Shown: positions 52,415 to 64,000 of the stretch, piece after piece
How positions within the stretch are numbered: the stretch's first letter is position 1
Layout: every line of letters begins with the position of its first letter
NCBI GenBank assembly: GCA_951406725.2
Contig: OX597816.1
Location: 179,366,001 to 179,430,000 of the forward strand
Direction of reading: 5' to 3'
Origin: Octopus vulgaris
Taxonomy: Eukaryota
DNA length: 64,000 bases
The notes under the pieces: model-generated
Databases searched by the model: none
Seen by the model: only the letters and a program-made list of their open reading frames with translations
What the model was told of the DNA's origin: nothing
Translations under genes and position numbers: made by a program

Positions 52415-52556
52415 TAATTGCTAAATAGGATAGTAAACATTAAGGCAAGGCAAGTATCTCAAGTTGTATACAATATCATTGTTGGAAGAAATTCAAAACC
52501 TTACAGCTGTTTCTGGGATATCCCTGAGTATGTGATATTCCGTTTTCAGAGACAAA
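52152..52556. ncRNA. Two degenerate hammerhead motifs in opposite orientation (52152-52200 +; 52497-52556 -)
   Basis: tct CCGATGA cagga...tcccg GAAG cagctg TA aga, and gtct CTGAAAA cggaatatc...gatatccca GAAA cagctg TA agg. Both share the palindromic CAGCTG stem III. Confidence 0.5.
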
Positions 52557-52814
52557 TAGGGAAAATGAGAATGGTATACATTAATAAAATGATGTTGTAG
52601 CACTTACCTAGCACTCCTAATTGTTTAGATCACCTGTGAACTAAACCCCCATACTTTGTATATATATATACACACACACATATATACATATATATATGTA
52701 TATATATATAATAAAAATAAATTCATTAATTAATTCATAAAAATGTATAAATTTTGATTGATTTTTGTTTCTTCCTTTCTTTTTTCTTCAACAGAGCTGC
52801 TGTAAAACATCAAT

Positions 52815-53612
52815 ATGAAGCTTGAATATTTCTATGATAAAAAACTTATTCCACTTTCTGACAAAAACAAATTAACCAAATGTAACCAAATCACTACTCG
52901 GGTAATCTTTATCTTCATCCTCTTTGCTGGATTATCACAAATTGGTCTTGGAATAGGACTCTTACTCTCATGCCGCAGCAATCTAGAAAATATATCCTGT
53001 GCCTTCTCTTTAAAGGCCCATCCATGCACTGGATTAGTGATACCAACCTACCTTGGTTGTTTGGTTATTTGTATTGCTCTATTTGGATTTGGATTTCTTG
53101 GACGCCGAGCTACTGCTATCTTACTAGCTATTGCTATGACTGCAGAAATCTACTTTGGTTTAATGTCAATCTATGCTGAACCAGTTTTATTTACTGACTA
53201 TTTTCGAGTTTTTAATTCAGTCCAAATATGCCCCCAGAATTCCTCCAGCCCAGATAATCTTATAAAGTGCTGGAATGGCATCACACAATTATACCCATAT
53301 TGTTTTATCTACAGAAATTTAATAAGGACAGACTGTATGCAAGGATATGATCTTTATTTCACACAATTTAATGAAACTTTATCATCAACAAACATTGAAC
53401 CATGTGTCACTGATATTAGCATGGCTGTGAGTTCCATTTATACAGGTTATCGATATTTTGCAGGTCCTCTTATGTTGCTAAATGCCACGCTCTGTCTTTT
53501 ACTAGTTCCAGGTTTAGATTTCTTATACCAACAAAATATAGAACTGAATGAATCTCATGTGGTTTCAGGACCAAAAGAACTTCAAAGACAAAATATTTCT
53601 TCATCTGTATGA
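52815..53612 (+). CDS. Divergent tetraspanin-like four-pass membrane protein, single coding exon (265 aa)
   Basis: Three N-terminal TM helices (G-rich TM2 LGCLVICIALFGF; Glu in TM3 AEI), a Cys-rich large loop (CWNGITQLYPYC...EPC) and TM4. Strong acceptor tttttcttcaacag at 52794; AATAAA at 53671. Confidence 0.8.
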   Translation: MKLEYFYDKKLIPLSDKNKLTKCNQITTRVIFIFILFAGLSQIGLGIGLLLSCRSNLENISCAFSLKAHPCTGLVIPTYLGCLVICIALFGFGFLGRRATAILLAIAMTAEIYFGLMSIYAEPVLFTDYFRVFNSVQICPQNSSSPDNLIKCWNGITQLYPYCFIYRNLIRTDCMQGYDLYFTQFNETLSSTNIEPCVTDISMAVSSIYTGYRYFAGPLMLLNATLCLLLVPGLDFLYQQNIELNESHVVSGPKELQRQNISSSV

Positions 53613-54356
53613 TCCTCTTTCTACATTTGTAAATTATCGTTTGAATATGGAAAGAAAATTTACATTTCACAATAAAAATGGTCTCATCTAGCAGACAAAA
53701 TTAAACAGAGAAGTACTGGAAATATATCTCATTAAAATATTTAGTACTCTCTTCTAAATATCCTTGTTCCCAGCTGTTATGAAAAGACTCTCTCTCTCTT
53801 TTGGAATGGGAGCCAATATAAGGGTGATCTTATATTATATAAACACTAAGAAAATATATCAGTTTTCAGATGACATCAGCATATTAATAGCTGAAGCTAA
53901 CAACAAACTGGTCTGATATAGAGAACATATTATTTATTTCACATCATGCATGTTCTGGATTTACATACTGTTAAACTAAATCAGAATGTGCAAAAGTCAA
54001 GTGACTTCAGATCTATGTCAAATTTATATATCCTATAATAACTAAGGGAAAATAGCTTATTTGTTGAAATTAAATTCTTGAAAAGAAAGCATCTACTTTA
54101 TTGGTCTCTAGTACTAATTAATGAAGTACTGATGTTGAGGTAATCATTGATTCATTATGTGTCGCATGTCATATATAATAAGTTGATACAGTTCAGAATG
54201 TCTACATATAAACTATATCTACATACTTAAAGTTGTCAGTTACTACCTCCATTATATGTAGTAGCATTGCCTTTGCTTCAAACTGGCCTGGTTTTGCGGA
54301 TTATTTGATACATTTTAGGAAGATTCCTTCTGAGGTATCAATGTCACTATTACTGA

Positions 54357-54722
54357 CTAGCAGTATCGCCCGGCGTTGCTCAGGTTTGTAAGGGAAATAA
54401 CTATAAAGCATTTTTAGAGAGTTATAGCCAAAAAATGGAAAAAAATGATGGTAAATTTTTTTTGAGAGTAAAAAAAGGTGGAGTTGCGTCCCCTAGACGG
54501 TTTATGTTTCTGATTCTCGACCCCATGTCGAATTTATCGATTTTTTTCAGAACTGAGGGAACTTTTCAAAATTTTCGCTGCGTTAGTTTTGAATTATGAC
54601 ATTGGGCTATGTGTGTGTCAAGTTTCATCAGAATCGGTTGAAAGCCGTGGTCAGGGTGAGGGTACAAGCAAACAGACACACAGAAACACGCACAGACAAA
54701 CTGCCGTTTATATAGAGAGAGA
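54357..54722 (-). mobile_element. Non-autonomous Helitron
   Basis: Minus strand starts TCTCTCTCTATATAAACGGCAG and ends cctgagcaacgccgggcgatactgCTAG|T, the same 3' end type as 17354-18037. Confidence 0.8.
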
Positions 54723-56724
54723 TAATCAAAACTGGATAATTTATTGTCAAATGAATATTCTTTCACAAACCCACCATTATCTGATTGGACTTTAAAACTG
54801 ATTTATTAAAATAATATTTCATTTATATTTCAAATGTTCTGAAATTGAAATTATTATTGCTCTCTCTCCCCCCCCCTCTCTCTCTTTCTCTGCCAGTGGT
54901 AAAGTGACAGAATCATTAAAGCATTAGACAAAATGCTTTGTGGTATTAGTGTAAGCACTTAGTATCCTGAGTTCAAATCTTGCTGAGGTCAACTTTGCCT
55001 TTCATCTGGGGTTGATAAAATAAAGTACCAACCAAGCACTGAAGTTGATATAATTGATCCATTAACCCAAAGTTTCAGGCCTTTTATCTGTGTTAGAAAC
55101 AGCTCTAAAGACAAAAGAACTCAGTGATCAGAAGAATGAATAAAAGTTGTAGGAATTACTAATATAATGGAAGGGAAGATAGATTGATGGTAGAAACAGA
55201 TATTGTTTAGCTCTTCCGCTTCCTCCTCTTCCTATATGCACCATCAACTGGATGATCAATTCCTGATCACTTTTTTTTAATAAACTCTTGCTACTGTGAT
55301 CAGTTTTGGATAGTTCCTTACTGTTGGTGTAAAGATTGGTTGCTTTTCTGCTGTTTTACATCATTTATTAAGCTCGTCTTACATCTCAAAATAGATAATG
55401 CCTTTCATTCTTCTTGAGGGTTGATAACGAAGCTGTGTCTTATGAAAGAAAACATCAATTCAAATGGTATTCCTAAAACTTTTGTTTTCAGCCATGATTC
55501 AACAAAGAAAAGGTTTAGCTTAAGCATTTGCCATTTGCAATAAATAACATATATATATTATTTTTGTTGATACCATCAAACCTTATTATTCACACCAGAA
55601 ATGCCTTAACACTTCAACATTGCAATATGAAAATATTTCCTTTTCTATTTGGTATTTTGTGTATAACCAAATTGATAAGAAAGCAACTTATTTTGTAAGT
55701 ATATTGAAAGACAACATTGATGATGATGATACAATGACTGTGTTGGTAAGAAAGCAAAGAAAATAATAATTTACTTGTACTGAGAAGGACTGTGTAAAAT
55801 TTGTTAGAAAAGCCATAACAGCTTTAAAACTGATCATCTATCCATCAATCCATTCACCCATCCATCCATCCTTCCATCCATCCATCCATCCTTCCATCCA
55901 TCCATCCATCCATCCATCCATCCAAAAAATTTGAGGGAACTTCGATGTGGTCACTTTAATCTGCTAGGAATAGCAGCCAAATCTCTATCAAGTATAATTT
56001 CACCATCTTAAGGATGGACACATTAAATAATGTAGTTCTAGATAAAATACACCAGAAATAAAGGTGGGATGGTCATGGCTGCAATGTTTTTTATAATAAG
56101 TTTGCTCAATTAAGGTTGACCTGGGTTAAACAGCAACTCCATCAACAATTGCATTTATCTCAACATGTCATTTTGAGTAAACTATGACATTAACAGATCA
56201 TATCTATTGTTACATTTTTCTAATTGATGATTTTTGAATCAAAATGTTTTGTAATAAAATATGTTGAAAGACATTTTGTGTTATTTTCATTTGTTAATAG
56301 TCATCATCAAAATTCTTTGTGATTGGAAAATAATTAGTTTAAATATAATATAATTAAACATTGCGTAAAGAAAAATATAGATGATAACTGTTATGTTTAT
56401 GAATTGTTTTGCAAGATTCCTGATGTGAATTTGTGTGTTGAAGCAGATATTATATTTCGGGATAGTCATTTTTTTTCTTGCCAATTAAACACATACACTA
56501 TATATTTGTTCTTCACTCAATTATTATTGGTCTACTAAACAGATCAGGAGGATACATGTAGATGGAAAAGTTGCTGAAGAGGTCACAGATGTATAACGAA
56601 AGATTTTCAGACAATGGACATAAGATAAAATAAGAAGACTAATAAATAAGTGAAGAATGAATATATAGTGTGGTTGTTGATCTGGCAAGAAAATAAAATG
56701 ACCATCTTGAAATATGATAATATA

Positions 56725-56959
56725 TATTTCTTTACTACCCACAAGGGGCTAAACACAGAGGGGACAAACAAGGACAGACAGAGGGATTAAGTCGATTACA
56801 TCGACCCCAGTGCGTAACTGGTACTTATTTAATTGACCCTGAAAGGATGAAAGGCAAGTCGACCTCGGCGGAATTTGAGCTCAGAATGTAGTGGCAGATG
56901 AAATACCGCTTAGCATTTCACCCGGCATGCTAACATTTCTGCCTGTTCACCGTCTTTAT
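56725..56959 (-). mobile_element. SINE family B with 14-bp TSD
   Basis: aatatgataatata at 56711-56724 and 56960-56973. Confidence 0.9.
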
Positions 56960-57289
56960 AATATGATAATATAAATTATAATCCTTCTTTAGGTATGTGA
57001 TGAGACATCAAGAAGTTATGGTATTCATAATTTTCTCTGGGACAAACATTTTTGAATTAGAAATGAAAAATATAACTCTTTGACTTAAGTTTGTCATTCA
57101 ATATAATTTCTGACAAAAAGTGTTTGTTAATTAGACTAAAAAGCTACGTATGAAGAGCAGTGTTGAATATCTTGCTTAATATCTCATTAAAGGTAATGGG
57201 TCATGAGACTTGATCTTTAGTCAAAATTATTAACAAATAAGAAAGAAAAAGAATAATAGTAACTTTTTACATAGGAATGGAGATTTTTT

Positions 57290-57830
57290 GTTTGGAAAAT
57301 GGGATCTGTGACATTAATGTTTTTTTTCAAGGGTACAAATGATACAAGTAAATTAATTGAAGTGGTTTCCAACTTGAGATATTTGGTTACACTTGGTTCC
57401 TCAAGAACCAACAGCAACATTACAAAGGTGGTTGAAGATAGTAATGATAATGGTAAGCGGATGTATAGAAACAGAACAGTTCTAAAAGAAACGAAAACAA
57501 TATTAAGAAACCATTCACATACAAACACTTTACTAATAGCTAAAGTTCCTTCATATGCAGTTGCAGGTGACATAAATTTATGAATAATTGATATTCTGTA
57601 TGATTTGAGGTGTAGTTCAACTTTGATAAGAGATCATACATGAGATAAAAAAATAAGAGATGGGTAACATTTCCACACAGAAAAGGATAAGATCACTAGG
57701 GGAAATGTAAATATGCCATTCACCTTTATCTCCTAAAAAGCCATTTAGGTGGGAAAAGCAGAACTGAAGAAGAATATAAGAGGATGGTCAGGAATATCAT
57801 AGAACTAAATAGAAAGAGTAGGATTAGAAA
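57290..57830 (+). mobile_element. Highly decayed RTE-like LINE fragment
   Basis: IEVVSNLRYLVTL resembles the RT7 motif (IE.V..F.YLGS); KETKTIL follows. Confidence 0.45.
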
Positions 57831-59459
57831 GAGCTTCATCTAGACAATACATAAACAGTTTCTTCCCTGTCTTTTTTGGATTGTTTAAGGAATCAGTATA
57901 CCCCAAACCACAAAGCACAATGATCTCTATATGCAAGTGAGAGAGAGAGGTAGAAGATTTATCAATGCGAATGACAGATTATGTTCTGGGTTGAATTTTG
58001 AAAATGTATGTTAACTTATTTTTACCCTGGAAACAGAAAAATATACGTATCTCTAGTTCCAGAAATATCAATCTGTCTATTTATGTTCACTTTCTCATCT
58101 TACCCTTTTCTCTGTATATCCCCTTTCCACACAGAATATTGCATTTTGTTAATAGAAAGTATTCACAAGTATTTTTTTAAACTTTTGCTTTTCTAAATTA
58201 CATACCTCTATCCATTGTGGCCCATTAGAACTTGTCATACTTTCTGTCATCCATATTGTTCAACTACTAAATTTTGCAGAAAGAGCTGTGTTCAATAATT
58301 TCTTTCCTGAACTGCAGTACTCTCTGCTAACATTTCCCCTGCATTTCAACTTACAGAAGTTCAAACTAAACATCAACCACATTGCTCCAGTCTGGGATGG
58401 CCAGCAACTATCATAGATAGTTACTTATATATATGGGTACAGGATGTCACCAACAGTAAACAACATGAAATATGAAAACAAATAAGTTCAATACACAAAC
58501 AACGGGCGAAACAAATGGAAAACAGGACAAGTAACACAAAGAACAACCCTTCATCAGTTGTCGGCTGTCTATCTACTCCTCATTTTGAGCATTGAAAGAC
58601 AATATGAGTCTTTGAAGACAGTTGCTCTCATAAATTCTAAAATAAAATTTTATCATATAATTGTGTATATGCATGTGTGTGTGTGTATTAATTATTACTG
58701 GACCATATTTGAAATTTAATGTTATTAGGTATTTGATAACACCATAATAATTTTAAGGAATTTGCCTTGAAGGCAGCCAATGATTCTTCTTTTTCTTTTA
58801 ATCTTTATTTTCAGTCTGTTGAGGAATCTCTGTTAATAATTCACTCCAAATTTCCAGAAGAGAGAGTGTATTTGTGGCTCACTAATGATCTAGTTAATTC
58901 CATGTCCAAAGAATGACTTAACCAAATCAATGTAGAGAAAATGAATTGAAACTGGGTCGAGTAGAATTAAGTCTGTAGTGATGAGAAACAAGCACACATC
59001 TTAGCTGGGAGAATAACTTATTTACAAGATCATTGTGATTAAGCCACATACTCTTGGGTTATATATTTAGTGTGTACTACTAATACATTACTAGACTATT
59101 TACATTTCACATTTTCTTTGCTATTTATAAATATAACATACTGTTTCATGTGTGACAGCATATGTTTAGTTATAGGTTTCTGTAATGAAGCTTTATAAGA
59201 CTGGATTTCTAGATATGACCATTTCAGTTTTTTTGTCTGGTATTGAAAATTAAGTTATTCAATATATTTAACCGTTTTAAAGACAGTAGAGTGACATTTT
59301 ACAGAGACATGGTTCCTATTTTTAGTAGAGTGAGTAACTGTGTGGACACATCAACAACATTGCAACAGAACATTGTCTCTCCAGCTCAGTTTGGACCAAA
59401 AAACATACATAGCAGCATCGTGAGTAGCATTGTTAACCTTAAGCAGCACTAGGTTACTC

Positions 59460-59867
59460 TTTATACTCTTTTAGTTGTTTCAGTTATTTGACTGTGGCCA
59501 TGCTGGAGCACCGCCTTTAATCGAGCAAATTGACCCCAGTACTTTTTCTTTGTAAGCCTAGTACTTATTCTATCGGTCTATTTTGCCGAACCGCTAAGTT
59601 ATGGGGATGTAAACACACCAGCATCAGTTGTCAAGTGATGTTGGGGGGACAAACACAGACACACAAACATATACACACACATACATATATATATATACAT
59701 ATATACAACGGGCTTCTTTCAGTTTCCCTCTACCAAATCCACTCACAAGGCTTTGGTCGGCTTGAGGCTATAGTAGAAGACACTTACCCAAGGTGCCGCG
59801 CAGTGGAACTGAACCCGGAACCATGTGGTTCGTAAGCAAGCTACTTACCACACAGCCACTCCTACCT
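59460..59867 (-). mobile_element. Full-length SINE family A
   Basis: Reverse complement matches 30767-31160. Confidence 0.92.
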
Positions 59868-61537
59868 TGATAGGTTGCTGAACAGGAATAAATGCAGAGG
59901 AAACAACAGGTGTCATGTTTGGACTAAGTTCACCTCTGACTTCTATTTTAGTCTTCTCAAGAACTCTAGACTCTATAGGTATACAGAATCAGAAAGGATT
60001 GATAGAGAGATTGTTCCATTACACCGCATACAGTCAATCTATGCATACCAAAATGTGCATTGTGATCCTTAATCATATAGAAATATGGTATATCTGGGGC
60101 TATTAATCTGTGGATCACAACTAGTCATTCACTCAACTACCTACATGGCAGATATCTGAGTAATCAAGGCTGATCTAGGGCCAGTCAGCATCAATATCAC
60201 ATACTGCAATTTAAACATATGGTAGTAGTCCTGATATATTACCTGATCCTAGGTTATTTTTTATTCTGTTGTAAGTATTCTGACCAGCTCACATTTTCCC
60301 CAAAGATATTGACATAGATGTTCAAGCTGGACATGCACCACATCAATTACACCAGACTGGAAGGACCTAGATAGGAGCTCATAGCCATTGCTTTAATTCT
60401 TTGACTAAGAAAAACATACAAATTTCAAGTTCACCTTAGTATGCACTGCCTTTTATAATATCAACAATATGCCAAAGGTTGGAGTAACCAAACAATCAGT
60501 TATACTGAGCTGTATAACTGGTTATAAATACAATATATGTATAGCACAGATGTAACAGTGTAGTAAGAAGTTTGCTTCTTAACCACATGGATCTGAGTTC
60601 AGACCCACTGCATGGTACTTTGGGCAAGCGTCTTGTGGAAGCATATTTGGAAGACAGTACCTGAAAGAAGCCCATCATATATGTGTGTGTGTGTGTGTAT
60701 GCATGTGTGTGTTTGTGACTCCTTGTCTTGACATTGTATTTTGGTTATAAAATGATTGTCACTGTCATACAGGTAGCATCATTCATTTTCAATATGTTGT
60801 GAGAACATGTCTGGTCATGGGGATATTACCTTGCTTTAAAATCAGTAAGGGTTGGTGACAGGAAGGGCATCTTACTGTACAAAATCTGCCTCAATGAATT
60901 TTGTTCAATCCATGCAAGCAAGAAAAAGCAGACATTAAAATGAGGATGATGAAGATTGTATAACCAAAATGGTTGCCTGTAACAACTACTATTTTTGGAC
61001 CCTTACAAATTAGCTCTATTTGCCAGTAAGCAAAGCCTTCTATATACTTTAAAAAATCAGTAATGTCAATAATGAATATAGAAATGTAGACCAGAAATAT
61101 AAAGTGGTTCCATAATGTTTTAAGACATATTGGATAAATACAGTATAGAAAAGCACTGGTAACCCCCCCCCCCCTAAATCAGAGTTCCACACAACACTTG
61201 TTTACTCAAGATATTTTATACAAACAAATATCTGATTATTTTGATACATGACTCACAGAATAGGGTTAAATATGCAACTATATCACTCTATATTGCTAGT
61301 GCTATTCACTTTCTACACATTTATTTTGAAGAACATCAATAGAAGACATATCAACAAAATCTCAGCCCCAATCAAGACAATCAAAAGAAATGTCAGCAAC
61401 TGCAAAACAAAAACATTTGATCATCATTAAACATTATAAAGTAGAGCTTAATAATTGGGCTGTTGATAATTAAAATTTATTTCACTATGACAATGTATGT
61501 ATTTATGATTTGTAGAAAGAAGCCTGTCGTATATATG

Positions 61538-61570
<33 letters not shown>

Positions 61571-63474
61571 GTGTCTGTGTTTGTCCCCCTAGCATTGCTT
61601 GACAACCGATGCTAGTGTGTTTACATCCCCATCACTTAGCGGTTCGGCAAAAGAGACCGATAGAATAAGTACTGGGCTTACAAAGAATAACTCCCAGGGT
61701 TGATTTGCTCGACTAAAGGTGGTGCTCCAGCATGGCCGCAGTCTAGATGTGGTTTGATGTGCAAAGGTATGAAAGTATCTAATTTAAAACAGACGCAAGG
61801 CTGGTATCAAGATGGGAATCCAACCTGTAAAGCATGGAATCTGTAACAATGATGGTGATGATGAGGGTGATATGACAATGATGTACACACACACACACAT
61901 ATATATGCACTTTACTTAATGCTGGACAAATGAGAAAAGAGTGCTAAATACCAGTAGAGAATACATATTTTTTAATTAAAAGCTGTGAGTGTCCCATGAG
62001 TTTCACACCAGTGCAAGCATCAGGCAAAACATGTGCACACACACACTAAATCAGAAAAGTGCCACTCAGAATAAAGAAAAACTATATGCAGGATAAAGTA
62101 AGAAACAAAACTGCTGACTGATTTTTGGTAAAGATCAAAGTAGAACCTAATACTCTTTAATCTCAATAATTCTTTTTCTTTCTTATAGCTATATTTGTGT
62201 ATGTGTATATATTTATTTCTTTAAAGAATAAAGGAAGACACATTGGGTCTCCCTTCCCTGATGTATGTGCTTATGTGTGTGTGTGTGAATATATACACAT
62301 ACACAAATATAGTGCAGCAAGTCATAAAAGGCAGCAATATGACGTAATGGTCGTTTGCCCGAACAAGCATAATTGTTGGTATTCCACTGGTTAAAATTAC
62401 TGCCCATATACGAATTCTAAACTTTCGTCAAAGAAATGTTACACGAAATACAGTTCTTAGAATTCGGATATGAGTATTTATAAAAACCCTGATTTTTGGG
62501 AAATTACTCAGTGTTTGTTGGGTGTTACTAAGATCCACGACACTCACTCATTGAGATATTGGCTACTTTTTATGCCATGTCTATGATAAAAATCCAACAA
62601 GACTTATTTGAAATGTTGTGAACTCTAGTAGTTAGTATGAAAGATTAGCTAGTGTGAATTTTGAGTCGTGATTCTCTATGACAAAATGACTTTACTTTAA
62701 ATGACTGTACTATAAATGCTAATTGTACATAAATAAAATAATGTAGCAATTATTTTCTCTTTCTTCACGTTCTTCAACTTGTTAATGAAATTTATATCTA
62801 CAATTTTGAAATTGTGTATTTTTTTATAGCAGTTAAAAGAACACGAAATTATTTATCTTCAACATACATGCATGTATAAAATGTCCGTTAGCATTTCGGA
62901 GTATATATTTCTCACTATGGCGTTTATGTAGCTGGAGTCAGGATCTATGTATAATGATAATGCTTATAAGTAAGTTATAAGTGATGGGTTTCTCAAAAAA
63001 TATTCCTACTTCAAAAATAAAATATATTCATTATCTATTTCCAAATAGGAAACATATAAAAATAGTGTTGCACAAACGGTAACAAAATGCGGCTATAAAA
63101 AGTGGTGACCGGCTATAAAAATAGCTTTAAGAAGGAAAATGAATTGTTGAAATTAAAGAGTATTAGATTCTACTTTGATCTTTACTCATTAGATTCTACT
63201 TTGATCTTTGCCAAAATTCAATCAGCATTTTTGTTTCTTACTTTATTCCGCATTATAAAGTCAATTAAGTGTTTCTTTATTCTGAGTAAGACTTTTCTGA
63301 TTTAGTGACCAAAAAATTTCATGTGTTTGAATCGTGTTCTCTCAGTTACCTTTGCTATGAAACACACACTTGCCTTATTACTACAGCTGACTGGTGAGTT
63401 AGTGGAAGATAAATTTATTTTCAAAATTTATTTCACCCAAGCTAAAAATATTTAAAAAATAGATGATCATGACT

Positions 63475-63780
63475 AGGCACAAGCATAGATGTGTGACTTC
63501 AGGCTCAATCCTACTGCATGGTACCTTGAGCAAGTGTCTTCTACTATAGCTTAGTGAATGGATTTAGTAGAATGATGTGTGTGTGTGTGCATGTGTATTT
63601 GTTCCCCACCACCACTGTTTGACAACTAATGTTGGTTTATTTACATTCCTGTCATGTAATGATTCAGCAACAGAGACCAGTAGCATAAATACTGGAATCG
63701 ATATGTTCGACTAAAACTTTGCAAGATAGTGGCTCCACATGGCCGCAGTTCAATGACTGAAACAAGTAACAGATAAAAGA
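63475..63780 (+). mobile_element. SINE family A, decayed
   Basis: Collinear with the 30767 copy, with deletions. Confidence 0.75.
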
Positions 63781-64000
63781 TATAGGATAAAAAAATAAAA
63801 AAAAAACATTCATGAAAAAAACAAAACAAAGCTGATATTTATTTTAATTAATCTTTACAAGCATTTAAGACAGCTCAACACAAGCAAGATTTGAAGGCAA
63901 TGAATTTGAATAATGTAGTTTGTACTGACTGAAACCTTATCCCTGTTCCTACTTTAATTACAACAACTTATTAATCTAATTTATGATTGTAATATAGATT

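Noticed and set aside
58540-58620. CTGATGA on the minus strand in a TA-flanked element
   Set aside because: No matching GAAA, stem III or stem I nearby; not a complete hammerhead.

Overview
AT-rich, repeat-dense metazoan genomic DNA. The SINE families, RTE tails and microsatellite load look like an octopus (coleoid cephalopod) genome; this is an inference. Most long ORFs in the track are microsatellite artefacts or LINE remnants. One convincing host CDS is present: an intronless, divergent tetraspanin-like 4-TM protein (52815-53612, +) with an upstream splice acceptor and a candidate CpG-rich promoter around 37-39 kb. There is also a speculative 4-exon minus-strand gene (27.6 kb to 4.4 kb). 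Mobile DNA includes CR1, RTE, L1/Tx1 and Penelope retroelement remnants, two mariner fragments, two non-autonomous Helitrons, a Merlin-like MITE and many SINEs. The most interesting signal is a set of at least six minimal type I hammerhead-ribozyme folds. They sit in short non-coding, often palindromic elements, mostly next to (TA)n tracts. One has a G3-C8 covariant core, and its inverted arm starts exactly at the predicted cleavage site.
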